DNA of 55,029 bases, filler included, from Stramenopiles sp. TOSAG23-2 (lineage: Eukaryota), in NCBI GenBank assembly GCA_900128395.1. It is 5 parts of 5 records of this genome, joined end to end, with 100 filler letters (N's around TTAATTAATTAA, not from the genome) between each part and the next. Parts side by side here need not be neighbours in the genome. Positions count along the whole stretch, not along the records: positions 44,114 to 55,029 come from LT649979.1; 4 more parts are not named here. One strand, written 5' to 3'. Below the pieces are notes generated by a model. That model saw only the letters and a list, made by a program, of their open reading frames with translations, ran no database searches and had not been told where the DNA came from. The position numbers and the translations under genes are program-made. Below, in pieces: positions 45,102 to 55,029 of this stretch. Position 1 is the first letter of the stretch. Each line of letters begins with the position of its first letter.

Positions 45102-46052
45102 GAAATATTGGTCTAGAGAGTTTAAATATTTTATTTGTTAACAAGTAACAAGCTAAAATGAAAATATGAAATATTTTACAACAGTCGGCAAAAAAACAAT
45201 AGCGATTTAAATGATTCAACAGATTATTCAACAGATGTTGCAAGATAAATATGCAGGTATCTAATAAACGTGTTTTGTTTTGTGTTTTGTAAAGCGTGGC
45301 GGGCGATGTAGATGGTGCGTGTGCGTCCTTCATTGATTGTACATATAATACATGTAATTATTTATTATTATGGCTTATTATCATTATTATTATTCATTTT
45401 TTTTAATGTGCAGCTGAGTGTGCAACTTTATTTTGAATTTATTATTTGTCCTCTTTTTTTTTTTGTGATTCAGTTACTACATTCCTTCCTCATTGTATAC
45501 TCTAAGTACGATTACATATACGATCCCCTATCCTATTTTTTTTACATCGCTCTATCAGGGAGAAAATAGGCATTTTTCCAGGTTTATATTGACTATTCCA
45601 GCTCGAATCCACTATTTTGAGGCCAATTTTAAGGATTTTAGCGATGAGTTTGATTTTGGCGTTGGGACTTTTCGGCAAAGTTGAGCCTATGCTGTGTGGT
45701 AGTAATTCCAACTTTACGGCGAACTTTGCGGCTATTTTTTTTAGGAATGGTCAAAGCTGAGAAACTCGGGAACACAGCATAATTGGTTGAATCAGCTGAT
45801 GGAACTTGATACATTTTATTATTATCATCACACTGGCACACCACAACACATGTGCACATTTTAACATATTTTATTTCAATTTTTATAAGAGTGCAAGACA
45901 AAATAAATAATATTAATTATACTGTACATATATATATGCCACAGACATACAATAATATTATCTGTATGTCATACAAAGAAATAATTGAAACATTTCCGAA
46001 ACTAGCATTGCACTACGTACTCGTGTGCAATGTATAAAGAAGAATTACAGTT

Positions 46053-47360
46053 ATGGAATTAGAAACGAAAATGAATTTAGACCGCCCGTTTTCACCAACG
46101 CCACCTACACCATGGTCAAATGGGGAGAAAGAAATTATTATTCATGCAGATGATAACATAAATATAAATATTGGTGAGACAAAAAAATCCAATACAAATG
46201 ATAATAATACAGATAACAACGATGAAAACGGAGATGAAGATCAGTTTAGACCAATTACAGCAGATACAATCTTTTTACCAAAAGAAGGTTTTTCACCTAA
46301 ATCATCACATCCTAAATTATTCAATGATGATGGTAAAAGTATCATGAGCAGCGAAGCGATTAAACATAATAAATTTCGAGAGGAACAAGAAACAGTCTGG
46401 AAAAATGCTTATTTGCAAAGGCAAAAATATTTACAGCATGAACGAGAATTAATGAAATTAAGAGCCCAACGGGCACCAAAAAAATATTCATGGCAAACTA
46501 TAGAAGAAGAACCAATTAGAAAACGGGAAAATGGTAGATTAACAACATCCGTGCCCCGTAGGAGAAAAACAAAAAATTATAAATTAAAATCAAGAACGAT
46601 AGGGCCACATTCACAATATAGTTTTGGTCTGAAACCACATACTGCTGGTGGTGGTGATACAGGTCGACGTTATGACAACCGGGTTTCAAATGAAATAAAT
46701 AGACGAATAACAAATACGAATAAATATGATAATAATTATAATAACCATGCAGCAACAATACCTGATCTGCCAACTATGCCTCTTCATTATAATCCAAATG
46801 TTAATGAAAAATTATTTACGGGGAAAATGTTAATCCCAACCTTGAAAAAAAAAACAAAAAGCATGGATAGCTATTATCCTACATTGAAAGATGAACGTCC
46901 GTCAAACAGTATGGCCAACAGAAATAAAAATGAACATTTATATCAATTGGAAAGATTAATGACACCGAATAAATCTAGAAGATCTAGTAGTAGATCGATG
47001 CAACATTCCGCATCATTACCTACATCGTCATTTATGCAGTATAATAATGATAATAAGAACAATAGAAATGGAATGGTAATGACTTCCTCTAAAAGTGTGA
47101 CTTCATTTAATAATGGCAGCAAACATTTATTATTTAATATTTCCGCCCAAAAGGATCATTATAAATATAATAAATACCATCCTAATAGTAGTAGTAGTGA
47201 ATTATTAAAGCGGAAAGAGTTTCAAAATGGGGGAAAGTTAAGTGGAAATTTAAAACATGGTGCAGTCACAATACAAAATCGAATGGTACCTAGAAGACCA
47301 ATTATACGAATGTCACCCATACAAAGAAAAATAAAAAATGTTTTACATAATACGTTTTAA
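46053..47360 (+). CDS. Hypothetical low-complexity/disordered protein
   Basis: 435-aa ORF with composition like neighbouring genes. No domain recognised. Confidence 0.7.
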   Translation: MELETKMNLDRPFSPTPPTPWSNGEKEIIIHADDNININIGETKKSNTNDNNTDNNDENGDEDQFRPITADTIFLPKEGFSPKSSHPKLFNDDGKSIMSSEAIKHNKFREEQETVWKNAYLQRQKYLQHERELMKLRAQRAPKKYSWQTIEEEPIRKRENGRLTTSVPRRRKTKNYKLKSRTIGPHSQYSFGLKPHTAGGGDTGRRYDNRVSNEINRRITNTNKYDNNYNNHAATIPDLPTMPLHYNPNVNEKLFTGKMLIPTLKKKTKSMDSYYPTLKDERPSNSMANRNKNEHLYQLERLMTPNKSRRSSSRSMQHSASLPTSSFMQYNNDNKNNRNGMVMTSSKSVTSFNNGSKHLLFNISAQKDHYKYNKYHPNSSSSELLKRKEFQNGGKLSGNLKHGAVTIQNRMVPRRPIIRMSPIQRKIKNVLHNTF

Positions 47361-47463
47361 AAGCGAGATTAGATTTGAATTAAAATGATGTATGTTGAAA
47401 AAATATTTTGAAGCAAGCTTCAAAATATTTTTTGTTTCTTTCGCGGATTATGATATACAAATA

Positions 47464-48256
47464 CTAACGATACCGTCTATACGAGGTATAACTACTATTA
47501 CTACTTCGTGATGATGATGATATTTTAGAATCGTATTTTGATTTTTGAGATGGGCTAGATAAAATAGTATGTGCCTCATTTATACGTTTGAATACTTCAG
47601 CAGCTCCAGCCTTTTTGTTTTTATCAGGATGGTATTTTAATGCTAATTTACGATATGCTTTTTTGATTGATTTAGCACTAGCCCGTTTTGTTAAACCAAG
47701 AACCTCGTAATGACTTTTTTTGGCAGCCTCTTTAGCTTTTTTTTGATTTTCATTTGCCCATCCACCATCACTATAACGTGGAGGTGGCACGCCACCACTT
47801 TTGCGGCGACTTTTACGGCGTCTTCTGTCATCCCTGTTTTTACTTTTATGGCTATTTTCTGCGGTGGAGTTTTCCTCCGGTACAGTTCGCCTACGTTTCC
47901 TACTATCATTGCCATCATTTGCGTTACTATGAGATGACGACGTCGACGTGCTTCTATGATAATTAGAGGATGATCTACTACTGCTGCTATTGGAAGTCCT
48001 TGCGCTGGTGGTACTTGTGCGCGATCTTTTTCTATCCTTATTACGTTGGTTGTTATACTTTTGCTGGTGTTGTTGTTTCTTCTGCTTTTCCTCTCTAATA
48101 GCATTTTCCCATGACGTTCGTGCTCGTGTTAACTCCCGTTTAACTGTATCAGATGATGCAGTTTTGGTAGTATTTAACAAATCGTTCACGGCTTGTGAAT
48201 GCATACCCAGTGTCAAATATGCCCGCGCACATAATCTTTTAAGATTTTTTATACAC
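47464..48256 (-). CDS. J-domain (DnaJ) protein, 3' part; preceded by a TPR-like helix
   Basis: SHYEVLGL...[17 protein letters not shown]...[12 protein letters not shown]....KYD. The frame is open upstream to about 48256 ([21 protein letters not shown]-like). The true 5' end is not identifiable. Confidence 0.85.
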
Positions 48257-48323
48257 TAGCTTCTGACTTAATTACGTCGCTACGCTCCTTGCTCCATTTT
48301 AAAAGGAGTGTAGCAGACCAGTA

Positions 48324-48665
48324 TATTGCCGATCAGAGGAAGATCTGCCATCAAACCCCCCTCCGATTAAACGCCTCCTTTCCTCCAACATTTTTACATT
48401 TAAGTACAATATTACTATACTATAATTTAACTACTTGATAGGAAATCGACGAAAAATCGCAAAAAATGCAACAAATTGTGTACTTTTTTGGTTCGAAATT
48501 TTATACTATCAAATTTGTTACATTTTTTGCGATTTTTCGTCGATTTCCTATCAAGTAGTTAAATTATAGTATACTAATATTGTACTTAAATGTAAAAATG
48601 TTGGAGGAAAGGAGGCGTTTAATCGGAGGGGGGTTTGATGGCAGATCTTCCTCTGATCGGCAATA
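48324..48665. mobile_element. Foldback/MITE-like element, 154-bp near-perfect inverted arms
   Basis: Arms 48324-48477 and 48512-48665, with 2 mismatches seen and a 34-nt spacer. Confidence 0.6.
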
Positions 48666-48960
48666 AAGGGGGGGGGATATAGAGGAGACACCATTAGTGT
48701 GAAGGGACCGAGTAATTATTAATAATACGAACTATTAAATCATTACTAGAGACTATTATTCAAATAAATGGTGTTACAATAAATGAAGAAAGACAAATGA
48801 TGAAAATGAAAATAGTTCCCAAGACGAATTACGTATTGCTGAAGAATATACCATATCCATAAAATTAAAAGTTGACACAACTATTTACGCAGGGCAGGGA
48901 TATAACTCAATTATCACAGTTTTAAAACAAAAATATCAAGAAACTTATTTGAAATTCAAG

Positions 48961-51900
48961 ATGGCAAATCTTGTTGTTAATAATTCATCAGGTGCTAATG
49001 GTTACATGGCACCAATTCCCAGTTTTACTACACACCGTACCGTACAAGCATATCTTACTCAAATTCCACCACCTTTTTGGATACTAATATGCATTATGTT
49101 TCCATATACATGGCGCGGTATGTATAGACGAGCAACATTTATGTGCCCTAGTGCGTATATGATTATTCCTGCATATTTGGGTTTTACATTTATAACTTTT
49201 GGGTATAACTCACTGGCAGAAGGTATACCAAAAAATGATGTTGTTGCCCATGAAATTGCAAGTTCTGTTAATATTGGACCAATGTTTATGGTCTTGCATG
49301 CTATCATGATTCTTATGCGAGTGAGATATACATTAACAAAATGGCAAGGCATAATAATGTGTGAAGTGGCAAAAACATCTTTTGTGTTCTTGTTGCTTCG
49401 CGCATGTTATCTTCTAAACAAAAATGGGTACATTGATTATCTTTCAGGTACATATACTTTGTTTGTATCTTTCATTGCCATGTTTATACTAATTACGGTA
49501 GTTCGTATATACTGGGCTGTTAAATGTAACTTTAATGCAGAACTTTTTAATAACACGTATTTTGGAACAGACCCGGTAAATTGCCCAATGAAACGGATCT
49601 TTACATGCATTGCATGTGAATTACCACGTAAAGACCAAAGTCGTAGCGTTGTGGTAGCAGTTGATAAAAAGGAAGAGCAAAAAAATACTATGCGATGTAC
49701 CATTCATTACCATACATTTGCAAAATTATACGTGTATGGTTTTTTTGGGACCTTTCTTCTTGGCGGGATAATTACATTTACCGCAACTGATTATTCTAGT
49801 GATAAAGATCTAGTTTATCGCTTTTATGGAACGTTTAATCCATGTATATTGTTTGACCACTACCCATCTAATCTGATATCGATGATTGGAATGATATGCA
49901 TGGTTGGTGGGAACGTAAGCAGCATGACGTTTCTACTTCTGCATTCTATATTGACAAACCCGTCTTTGTCAACTATGATTAAATGGTTCGTATTATTTGG
50001 GCCATTATTTCTATTGTATTGGGGATTCATGAACGTGTTTTCAACTAATTTATATGAACATGGGTATAAAATTACGCCAACTTATGATCATTTAAATGCA
50101 ACTGAATATTCCAAAGCGACGGCCAATATGACGTTGGATGAAATCGATGGAATATCAAAGGAAGACTTTCAATTAATGGCTACTCATTCGTCATGGTTTG
50201 TAGGGTGGCTAGTGGCTGATATTACTTATAATGTTCTATATTGGCAGTACATATCACGATTATCTGGAAGCATTTTTTTTCCAAAGCCAAGTGGAAAGAT
50301 TCGTACTTCTCGAATATATCAGAAATGTTGCAAAAAAGTTATTGCCTTTCTGTATTTTTTTTCATTTGTTGTATTTTCTGCAAACGTTGCAGTAATTCTA
50401 TTCACGCATGATGGAAAAGATCGATGGGGTTTTAAAAAAGAATCAGTTTCTTTTGGGCAATCTATATGGTATTACTTAAGCTATTCTTACGCAAGTCAAT
50501 GGTTTTTTTTGACAGCTATACCTGCCCAGTTATTTGTGATGCCAAAAGAAGTTGGCCTCCAAGTTCAGTTAAAACTGGAAAAGAATGACAAAGAAAGGGG
50601 GGGCGTATCAAAATTCGAACCCTTTCACGAGTCAAAATGGGTAATACGCCATATATATCCTGCTAGCTTGATCAGTGGCAGTTTTAAAATACTATGCGTC
50701 TTTGTGGTAGCAACGTACTCACTGAAAGAGGTGCAGCATGGCAGCGAAACAGTGCTACCCTTAGCTAGTGGTTTCCGGCAAATACCATATCGCTACATGT
50801 TTACACCTGCTTGGATAATTCTAGTATCAATTATTGGGATAGGCGCTTACTTAGTATCATTAAGAGAGACACTATCCCATCGCAATAGCCCCCTTCGAGT
50901 AAAATGGATGCAAAATTGTGCTATTATGTTTGTCACGATGATGTTGCTTGGGATCTGGATTATAATTCCGAATACAAAAATTGGAGGTTATTGTGTCGTA
51001 ATCGGCATGATTGTGTTTCCAATCTTTGTTGGTCTTGCTTATGGTGAGCTGCATCAAAGTGAGAATGAGCGTATACGCCTCGGTGTGTTCTTTGTGCTTT
51101 ATTTTGTATTTGCTTGTACATCACCTTTGAATCCAGTGATGAATATTTGTTTCTTGGTTTTTTTAGCAATATTCGATAAGATCATTCCAGAATATATAGG
51201 AAGTGATGGGCTGACGATGATATTATCACCAGTAACATTTGTTAATGAAGAGGAAATTGAGGTAGAAAGTAACGGTGATGATACAAAACCCAATGTTGAC
51301 AAGGCGCAAAAGTTACTTGTAGACAAATTGCGGGCACAAACAGAAGAAGAATATTTTTGTTCAAAAACATTAAAAAGTCATGAACCTGAAAAAGTATATA
51401 ATGGTCCGCCAGATCATCATATGGAAAAAAATGCCAATCATTTTAATTGTTTATCATCACTATTTAAATTTTACGCACGCTATTTTTTTCGTTTGCGAAT
51501 GTTTCTTCTATTTTCGCAATCGTTTTTTGTTGGCTGGGGCTTTTTGTTAACTATGATCTCTTTACAAGCATATAATATAGCCCAGCCGTCTTCAAACTAC
51601 AAATTTTCTTGGATCTTGTTAGGATCATTCTTATTAATGACCGTTGTTATAGCTATAGATGATGCAGCAGATTTAGTGATGGACTACAATTTGTATGACC
51701 ACTATGACAAACACAAGGTATTTCCCTGGAAGTTCAGGCCTGCATTGTTGACGATGCGGGCAAAATTTGCGGCTGTTTTGTGGGCTCTTTTGTCACCTGA
51801 AACAACAAAGTCAAAAATTCCGCCGCCAAAAGTCTTTTTATATGTTGAAATATTGTGTCCAATAGCAACAGAAATTGCACCAATTGTGTTTGCATTCACG

Positions 51901-54144
51901 ACATATCGTTATACCGGATCAGGGGCATATGCTGTGCTATCTTTGTCTATGACTCTAATCGGTTGCTTGTTGTTTACCTTTTGTAACATTATTTGTAACT
52001 TTTGGCCAAGAGCTGCACAGATAGATGCATACATTAGCGGGCGGAAGTCAGCATCGTGGGTCACGATGCAAGGACTTAAAACGTGTAAAATATCCTCTCC
52101 TAGTGACGATACTGGAGAGGGGCGTAAAGGAACTATATTGCCTATATTCTCAGTCGCGTATATGTACATTCATAGGATTATTGATGCTTTTTTTGGCAGT
52201 GTTGATAAAAATATACTCCAAAATCATAAAGAAGCGTATGGAATTGAATTGCTTGAAAATACAGGAAAAGCGACAGGAATGCAAACAAATAATAGTGATG
52301 CTGGTACTTCTGTCATACCATCAAGTCACAATGATGATGAGAAAAAAATAGACGATTGTAAAGAGAAAGTGTATGATGATGAAGAAAAAACAAGTGATGG
52401 TGGGGAGGAACTTGGTGATGATGAAGGGAAAGTAGGGACAACATCAAGTGATTATGTGCTAAGCGATAAAGTCAAAAGTGTAAATAAACAAGTTGAAGTG
52501 AAGCCAAAGGCCAAAAAAAACGAAAGCGACGTAAAGCAATCTCAATTTCCGTACACAATCAAGAATATCAACGTTAAGCAACACGAACAGGAAGGAGAAA
52601 TTATTAGTATTCAAGTTATTAAGAATGACCAATTTACAACGATGAGTTCAATTAGACAAAGGAAGACAATAAAACCAGATTCATTGAAGACAAAGACATC
52701 GCAAAGCTCTGGTAAACAGCCTTTCAAAGACGAAAATAACTTCACACTTGATTATAATTTATTGTTACATAGACATACTGAAACGGAAGGTCAAATGTGT
52801 TGTAAGTCTTTCCATTATATCAACAAATTATACCAGTTTCTATATGTAGATAGTTTAACAGAGAAATACCGATGGCCAACAGTTTTAACTTTTACTGTCA
52901 TATATTTTGTCACTTTTATTGCCATGATTAGTTTTGGTAGTCATACAAAATTGACTTTCGTAGTTTCAGTTTTAACTGCTATAAATGCTTTAGTGTTGGC
53001 GTATATATTATGGAGATCTATGCCAAATGTCATTGGTCGCAAGTTTGGGTGTATTCTGATTTTTACGTTGTTTTTTCACTTTTTCACAGTGGAAACCGGT
53101 ACAAATCAAAATATAAATATGACTCGTAAAACCGTGGTAAATTTTACAAAGCTAGCAACTAATCAAGCAGGCGGTGGGTGGCCCGCTACTAATATTGATC
53201 GTTTTCCGTTATGCAAATATAATTGGGGGACCAAAGACCATGCATTTTCAACCATTGACGCAGTTTTAACCACAATTTTAGCATATTTTGAGAACAAAGA
53301 GAAAATGAAAGCAATGGCAAATAACTTTTTTCAAAGTAGTCATTCGTTGCATGATGTAAAGGTTGAAAAGTTTAGTCCTCAAGGAATGGATGGGAATTTA
53401 TTGCATTGGGCGCATTTAAAATTTCCAAGTGCCAATATGTCAGTTGTTACTATACGTGGCACAGCAACCGCATTAGATTTAACAGTGGACATGACATTTT
53501 GGACAGCAATTACTACTTTTCACCAACTACGGTTGTTTATGCCAGTACTGTCACAATTGCCGCCAAAGTATATTGGAAGATTGATCCGCGCCTTTTTTGT
53601 TTACGGTCTTGGTGGCGCGCCTGATACGATATACAAGCCAATTATCGAGTACACTAGAAAATTACGAACATTGTCAAGTGAAAAGATTTTGGTAGTAGGG
53701 CATAGTTTAGGTGGTGGAATCGCTTCTGTGGTTGCTTCTCGTGTTGATGGCGTGCAAGGTTTTGGACTATCGCCAGTTGGAGTTTTCTACAACAGCCTTG
53801 CATTTGGGTTTGATCCTGTGTATACTTATGAATCTTTTACTGCTATTATACCTGACAACGACCTAGTTCCAATAGAAGGCGATAAAGTTATAGGTATGAT
53901 TCAACAAATTCCATGTACAGCTAATGCTGCTGTCTGTCATAATTTGAATCAAAGTTTGGTTACTGTGGTGAAAGGATGTAAGGATTATTCCAACCCAAAC
54001 CGTATATGGGATATTCCTGGGTACTTTTCGAAAGAAATAGATTTACAAGTCGATCCGTGGCAATGGAAAATAAAAGCTGAGGACTACACTGCAGAAATTG
54101 GCGAAAAGTACGAGCGCAGTAGATGGAAAGCTGGGCGAGACTAA
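48961..54144 (+). CDS. Very large polytopic membrane protein with C-terminal class-3 lipase domain
   Basis: Many hydrophobic segments over the first ~1050 aa and again near 1310-1380. Lipase_3 motifs VVTIRGT, ILVVGHSLGGG (53698-53718), DLVP, CHNL. First ATG is at 48961. Confidence 0.85.
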   Translation: MANLVVNNSSGANGYMAPIPSFTTHRTVQAYLTQIPPPFWILICIMFPYTWRGMYRRATFMCPSAYMIIPAYLGFTFITFGYNSLAEGIPKNDVVAHEIASSVNIGPMFMVLHAIMILMRVRYTLTKWQGIIMCEVAKTSFVFLLLRACYLLNKNGYIDYLSGTYTLFVSFIAMFILITVVRIYWAVKCNFNAELFNNTYFGTDPVNCPMKRIFTCIACELPRKDQSRSVVVAVDKKEEQKNTMRCTIHYHTFAKLYVYGFFGTFLLGGIITFTATDYSSDKDLVYRFYGTFNPCILFDHYPSNLISMIGMICMVGGNVSSMTFLLLHSILTNPSLSTMIKWFVLFGPLFLLYWGFMNVFSTNLYEHGYKITPTYDHLNATEYSKATANMTLDEIDGISKEDFQLMATHSSWFVGWLVADITYNVLYWQYISRLSGSIFFPKPSGKIRTSRIYQKCCKKVIAFLYFFSFVVFSANVAVILFTHDGKDRWGFKKESVSFGQSIWYYLSYSYASQWFFLTAIPAQLFVMPKEVGLQVQLKLEKNDKERGGVSKFEPFHESKWVIRHIYPASLISGSFKILCVFVVATYSLKEVQHGSETVLPLASGFRQIPYRYMFTPAWIILVSIIGIGAYLVSLRETLSHRNSPLRVKWMQNCAIMFVTMMLLGIWIIIPNTKIGGYCVVIGMIVFPIFVGLAYGELHQSENERIRLGVFFVLYFVFACTSPLNPVMNICFLVFLAIFDKIIPEYIGSDGLTMILSPVTFVNEEEIEVESNGDDTKPNVDKAQKLLVDKLRAQTEEEYFCSKTLKSHEPEKVYNGPPDHHMEKNANHFNCLSSLFKFYARYFFRLRMFLLFSQSFFVGWGFLLTMISLQAYNIAQPSSNYKFSWILLGSFLLMTVVIAIDDAADLVMDYNLYDHYDKHKVFPWKFRPALLTMRAKFAAVLWALLSPETTKSKIPPPKVFLYVEILCPIATEIAPIVFAFTTYRYTGSGAYAVLSLSMTLIGCLLFTFCNIICNFWPRAAQIDAYISGRKSASWVTMQGLKTCKISSPSDDTGEGRKGTILPIFSVAYMYIHRIIDAFFGSVDKNILQNHKEAYGIELLENTGKATGMQTNNSDAGTSVIPSSHNDDEKKIDDCKEKVYDDEEKTSDGGEELGDDEGKVGTTSSDYVLSDKVKSVNKQVEVKPKAKKNESDVKQSQFPYTIKNINVKQHEQEGEIISIQVIKNDQFTTMSSIRQRKTIKPDSLKTKTSQSSGKQPFKDENNFTLDYNLLLHRHTETEGQMCCKSFHYINKLYQFLYVDSLTEKYRWPTVLTFTVIYFVTFIAMISFGSHTKLTFVVSVLTAINALVLAYILWRSMPNVIGRKFGCILIFTLFFHFFTVETGTNQNINMTRKTVVNFTKLATNQAGGGWPATNIDRFPLCKYNWGTKDHAFSTIDAVLTTILAYFENKEKMKAMANNFFQSSHSLHDVKVEKFSPQGMDGNLLHWAHLKFPSANMSVVTIRGTATALDLTVDMTFWTAITTFHQLRLFMPVLSQLPPKYIGRLIRAFFVYGLGGAPDTIYKPIIEYTRKLRTLSSEKILVVGHSLGGGIASVVASRVDGVQGFGLSPVGVFYNSLAFGFDPVYTYESFTAIIPDNDLVPIEGDKVIGMIQQIPCTANAAVCHNLNQSLVTVVKGCKDYSNPNRIWDIPGYFSKEIDLQVDPWQWKIKAEDYTAEIGEKYERSRWKAGRD

Positions 54145-54487
54145 AAAGAGAGCACAGAGCAATAAAATGTGTTTTGACATCTTACATTGTTTGGAAAAAG
54201 TTGGGCGAATATTGAGCCTATGTTGTTCTACTAAAGTCATTTTGTGTTATACCTTAAATTTTCTTGAAATTTTTTATTATAGTGTCTAAGTATCTATTCA
54301 TGTCAATATTTTTTACAATAAAATATCATATGAAGAGTATGTTTTATTACTGCAAGTCCTGAAAGGGGTGGTAAAATGTTAGTACTTTTGTGTCCTACCA
54401 CACCGTGAGATTTAACTAGTTCAGAGCTGTTCATACGAGCTTTCAAACGATTTACAATATTTGTTTTCAACGTTGTTGCCATAACAT

Positions 54488-54787
54488 TTAATCCGGAGAC
54501 GATCCAACGGTTTGCCCTAAATCGAACGTTACATATATTCCAGCGTCTGGACGAGAGAAGCTATCTTCTACAATTGCTTCTAAATGTCTTTCGGTCAAAT
54601 CGCTCAATCTTAACTCTTTGGAGATCATTCCGTGCCCAACATGAAAATTTATGTCTGTAATATTATTATTACTAGAACGAAACAAGCTACCACCGGTGGT
54701 ACCCCCCTTATTTGGCAAAACTTTAGACGACCTCATTTTACAATCTAATGCAATCTGTTTCCATCGATTTGTTTCGGCAACCATCAA
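54488..54787 (-). CDS. Possible short gene fragment of unknown function
   Basis: 99-aa ORF in a locally GC-richer patch. No motif recognised. Confidence 0.25.
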   Translation of the reverse strand: MMVAETNRWKQIALDCKMRSSKVLPNKGGTTGGSLFRSSNNNITDINFHVGHGMISKELRLSDLTERHLEAIVEDSFSRPDAGIYVTFDLGQTVGSSPD

Positions 54788-55029
54788 GAACCACCATGAT
54801 GAGGCCTACTATTTCTCATTTAAAAAGAATTTAAAAATATTTTAACGACATTAGTATACTGATATCGAACGCAATGTATATTTAAAAAAAAAAAAATACT
54901 CTTTTACCTATTGGAAAATACAAGTACAAAAATGCAAAATTATCGCGTGTGTGGTATGTAGTTGTTTTTACTCCCCAGTTATTTACTTTTTAAAAAAACA
55001 ATTGAAGCAAGCGCAGCAATGCCTACTGC

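Noticed and set aside
48478-48511. tRNA/Pol III B-box-like GGTTCGAA in the foldback spacer
   Set aside because: No cloverleaf or A-box can be built around it.
1-55029. Functional gene cluster (e.g. pyruvyltransferase + pyruvate carrier + sugar kinase + glycoside hydrolase)
   Set aside because: These genes lie on different, unlinked contigs, so their co-occurrence is an artefact of concatenation.

Overview
Eukaryotic, AT-rich, intron-poor genomic DNA with many poly-Asn/Asp tracts. The gene set (PRP4, DENN, WDR44, kinesin-like, mitochondrial pyruvate carrier) and one clear GT-AG intron show it is nuclear DNA from a microbial eukaryote. A heterotrophic stramenopile-like single-cell or metagenome assembly is my inference, not demonstrated. 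The window is not one locus. It is five contigs of decreasing length (1-10936, 11037-21963, 22064-32989, 33090-44013, 44114-55029) joined by artificial 100-nt N44-TTAATTAATTAA-N44 linkers, so gene neighbourhood across linkers means nothing. About 20 protein-coding genes or gene fragments are present, plus several foldback/MITE-like inverted repeats and tandem repeats, and several signs of amplification or assembly chimerism. The most interesting observations are: (1) an FGGY sugar kinase fused to a RING-H2 finger and a C-terminal hydrophobic tail, a candidate sugar-sensing membrane E3 ligase; (2) a single-chain MPC1-linker helix-MPC2 pyruvate carrier with a mitochondrial presequence-like N-terminus; (3) a kinesin motor with degenerate P-loop and switch motifs; (4) a 1.7-kaa polytopic membrane protein ending in a class-3 lipase; (5) an archaeal-like SBDS; (6) bacterial-type glycan enzymes; and (7) a dispersed repeat family carrying CTATCAA motifs. 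All calls come from motif recognition by eye. No database search was run.
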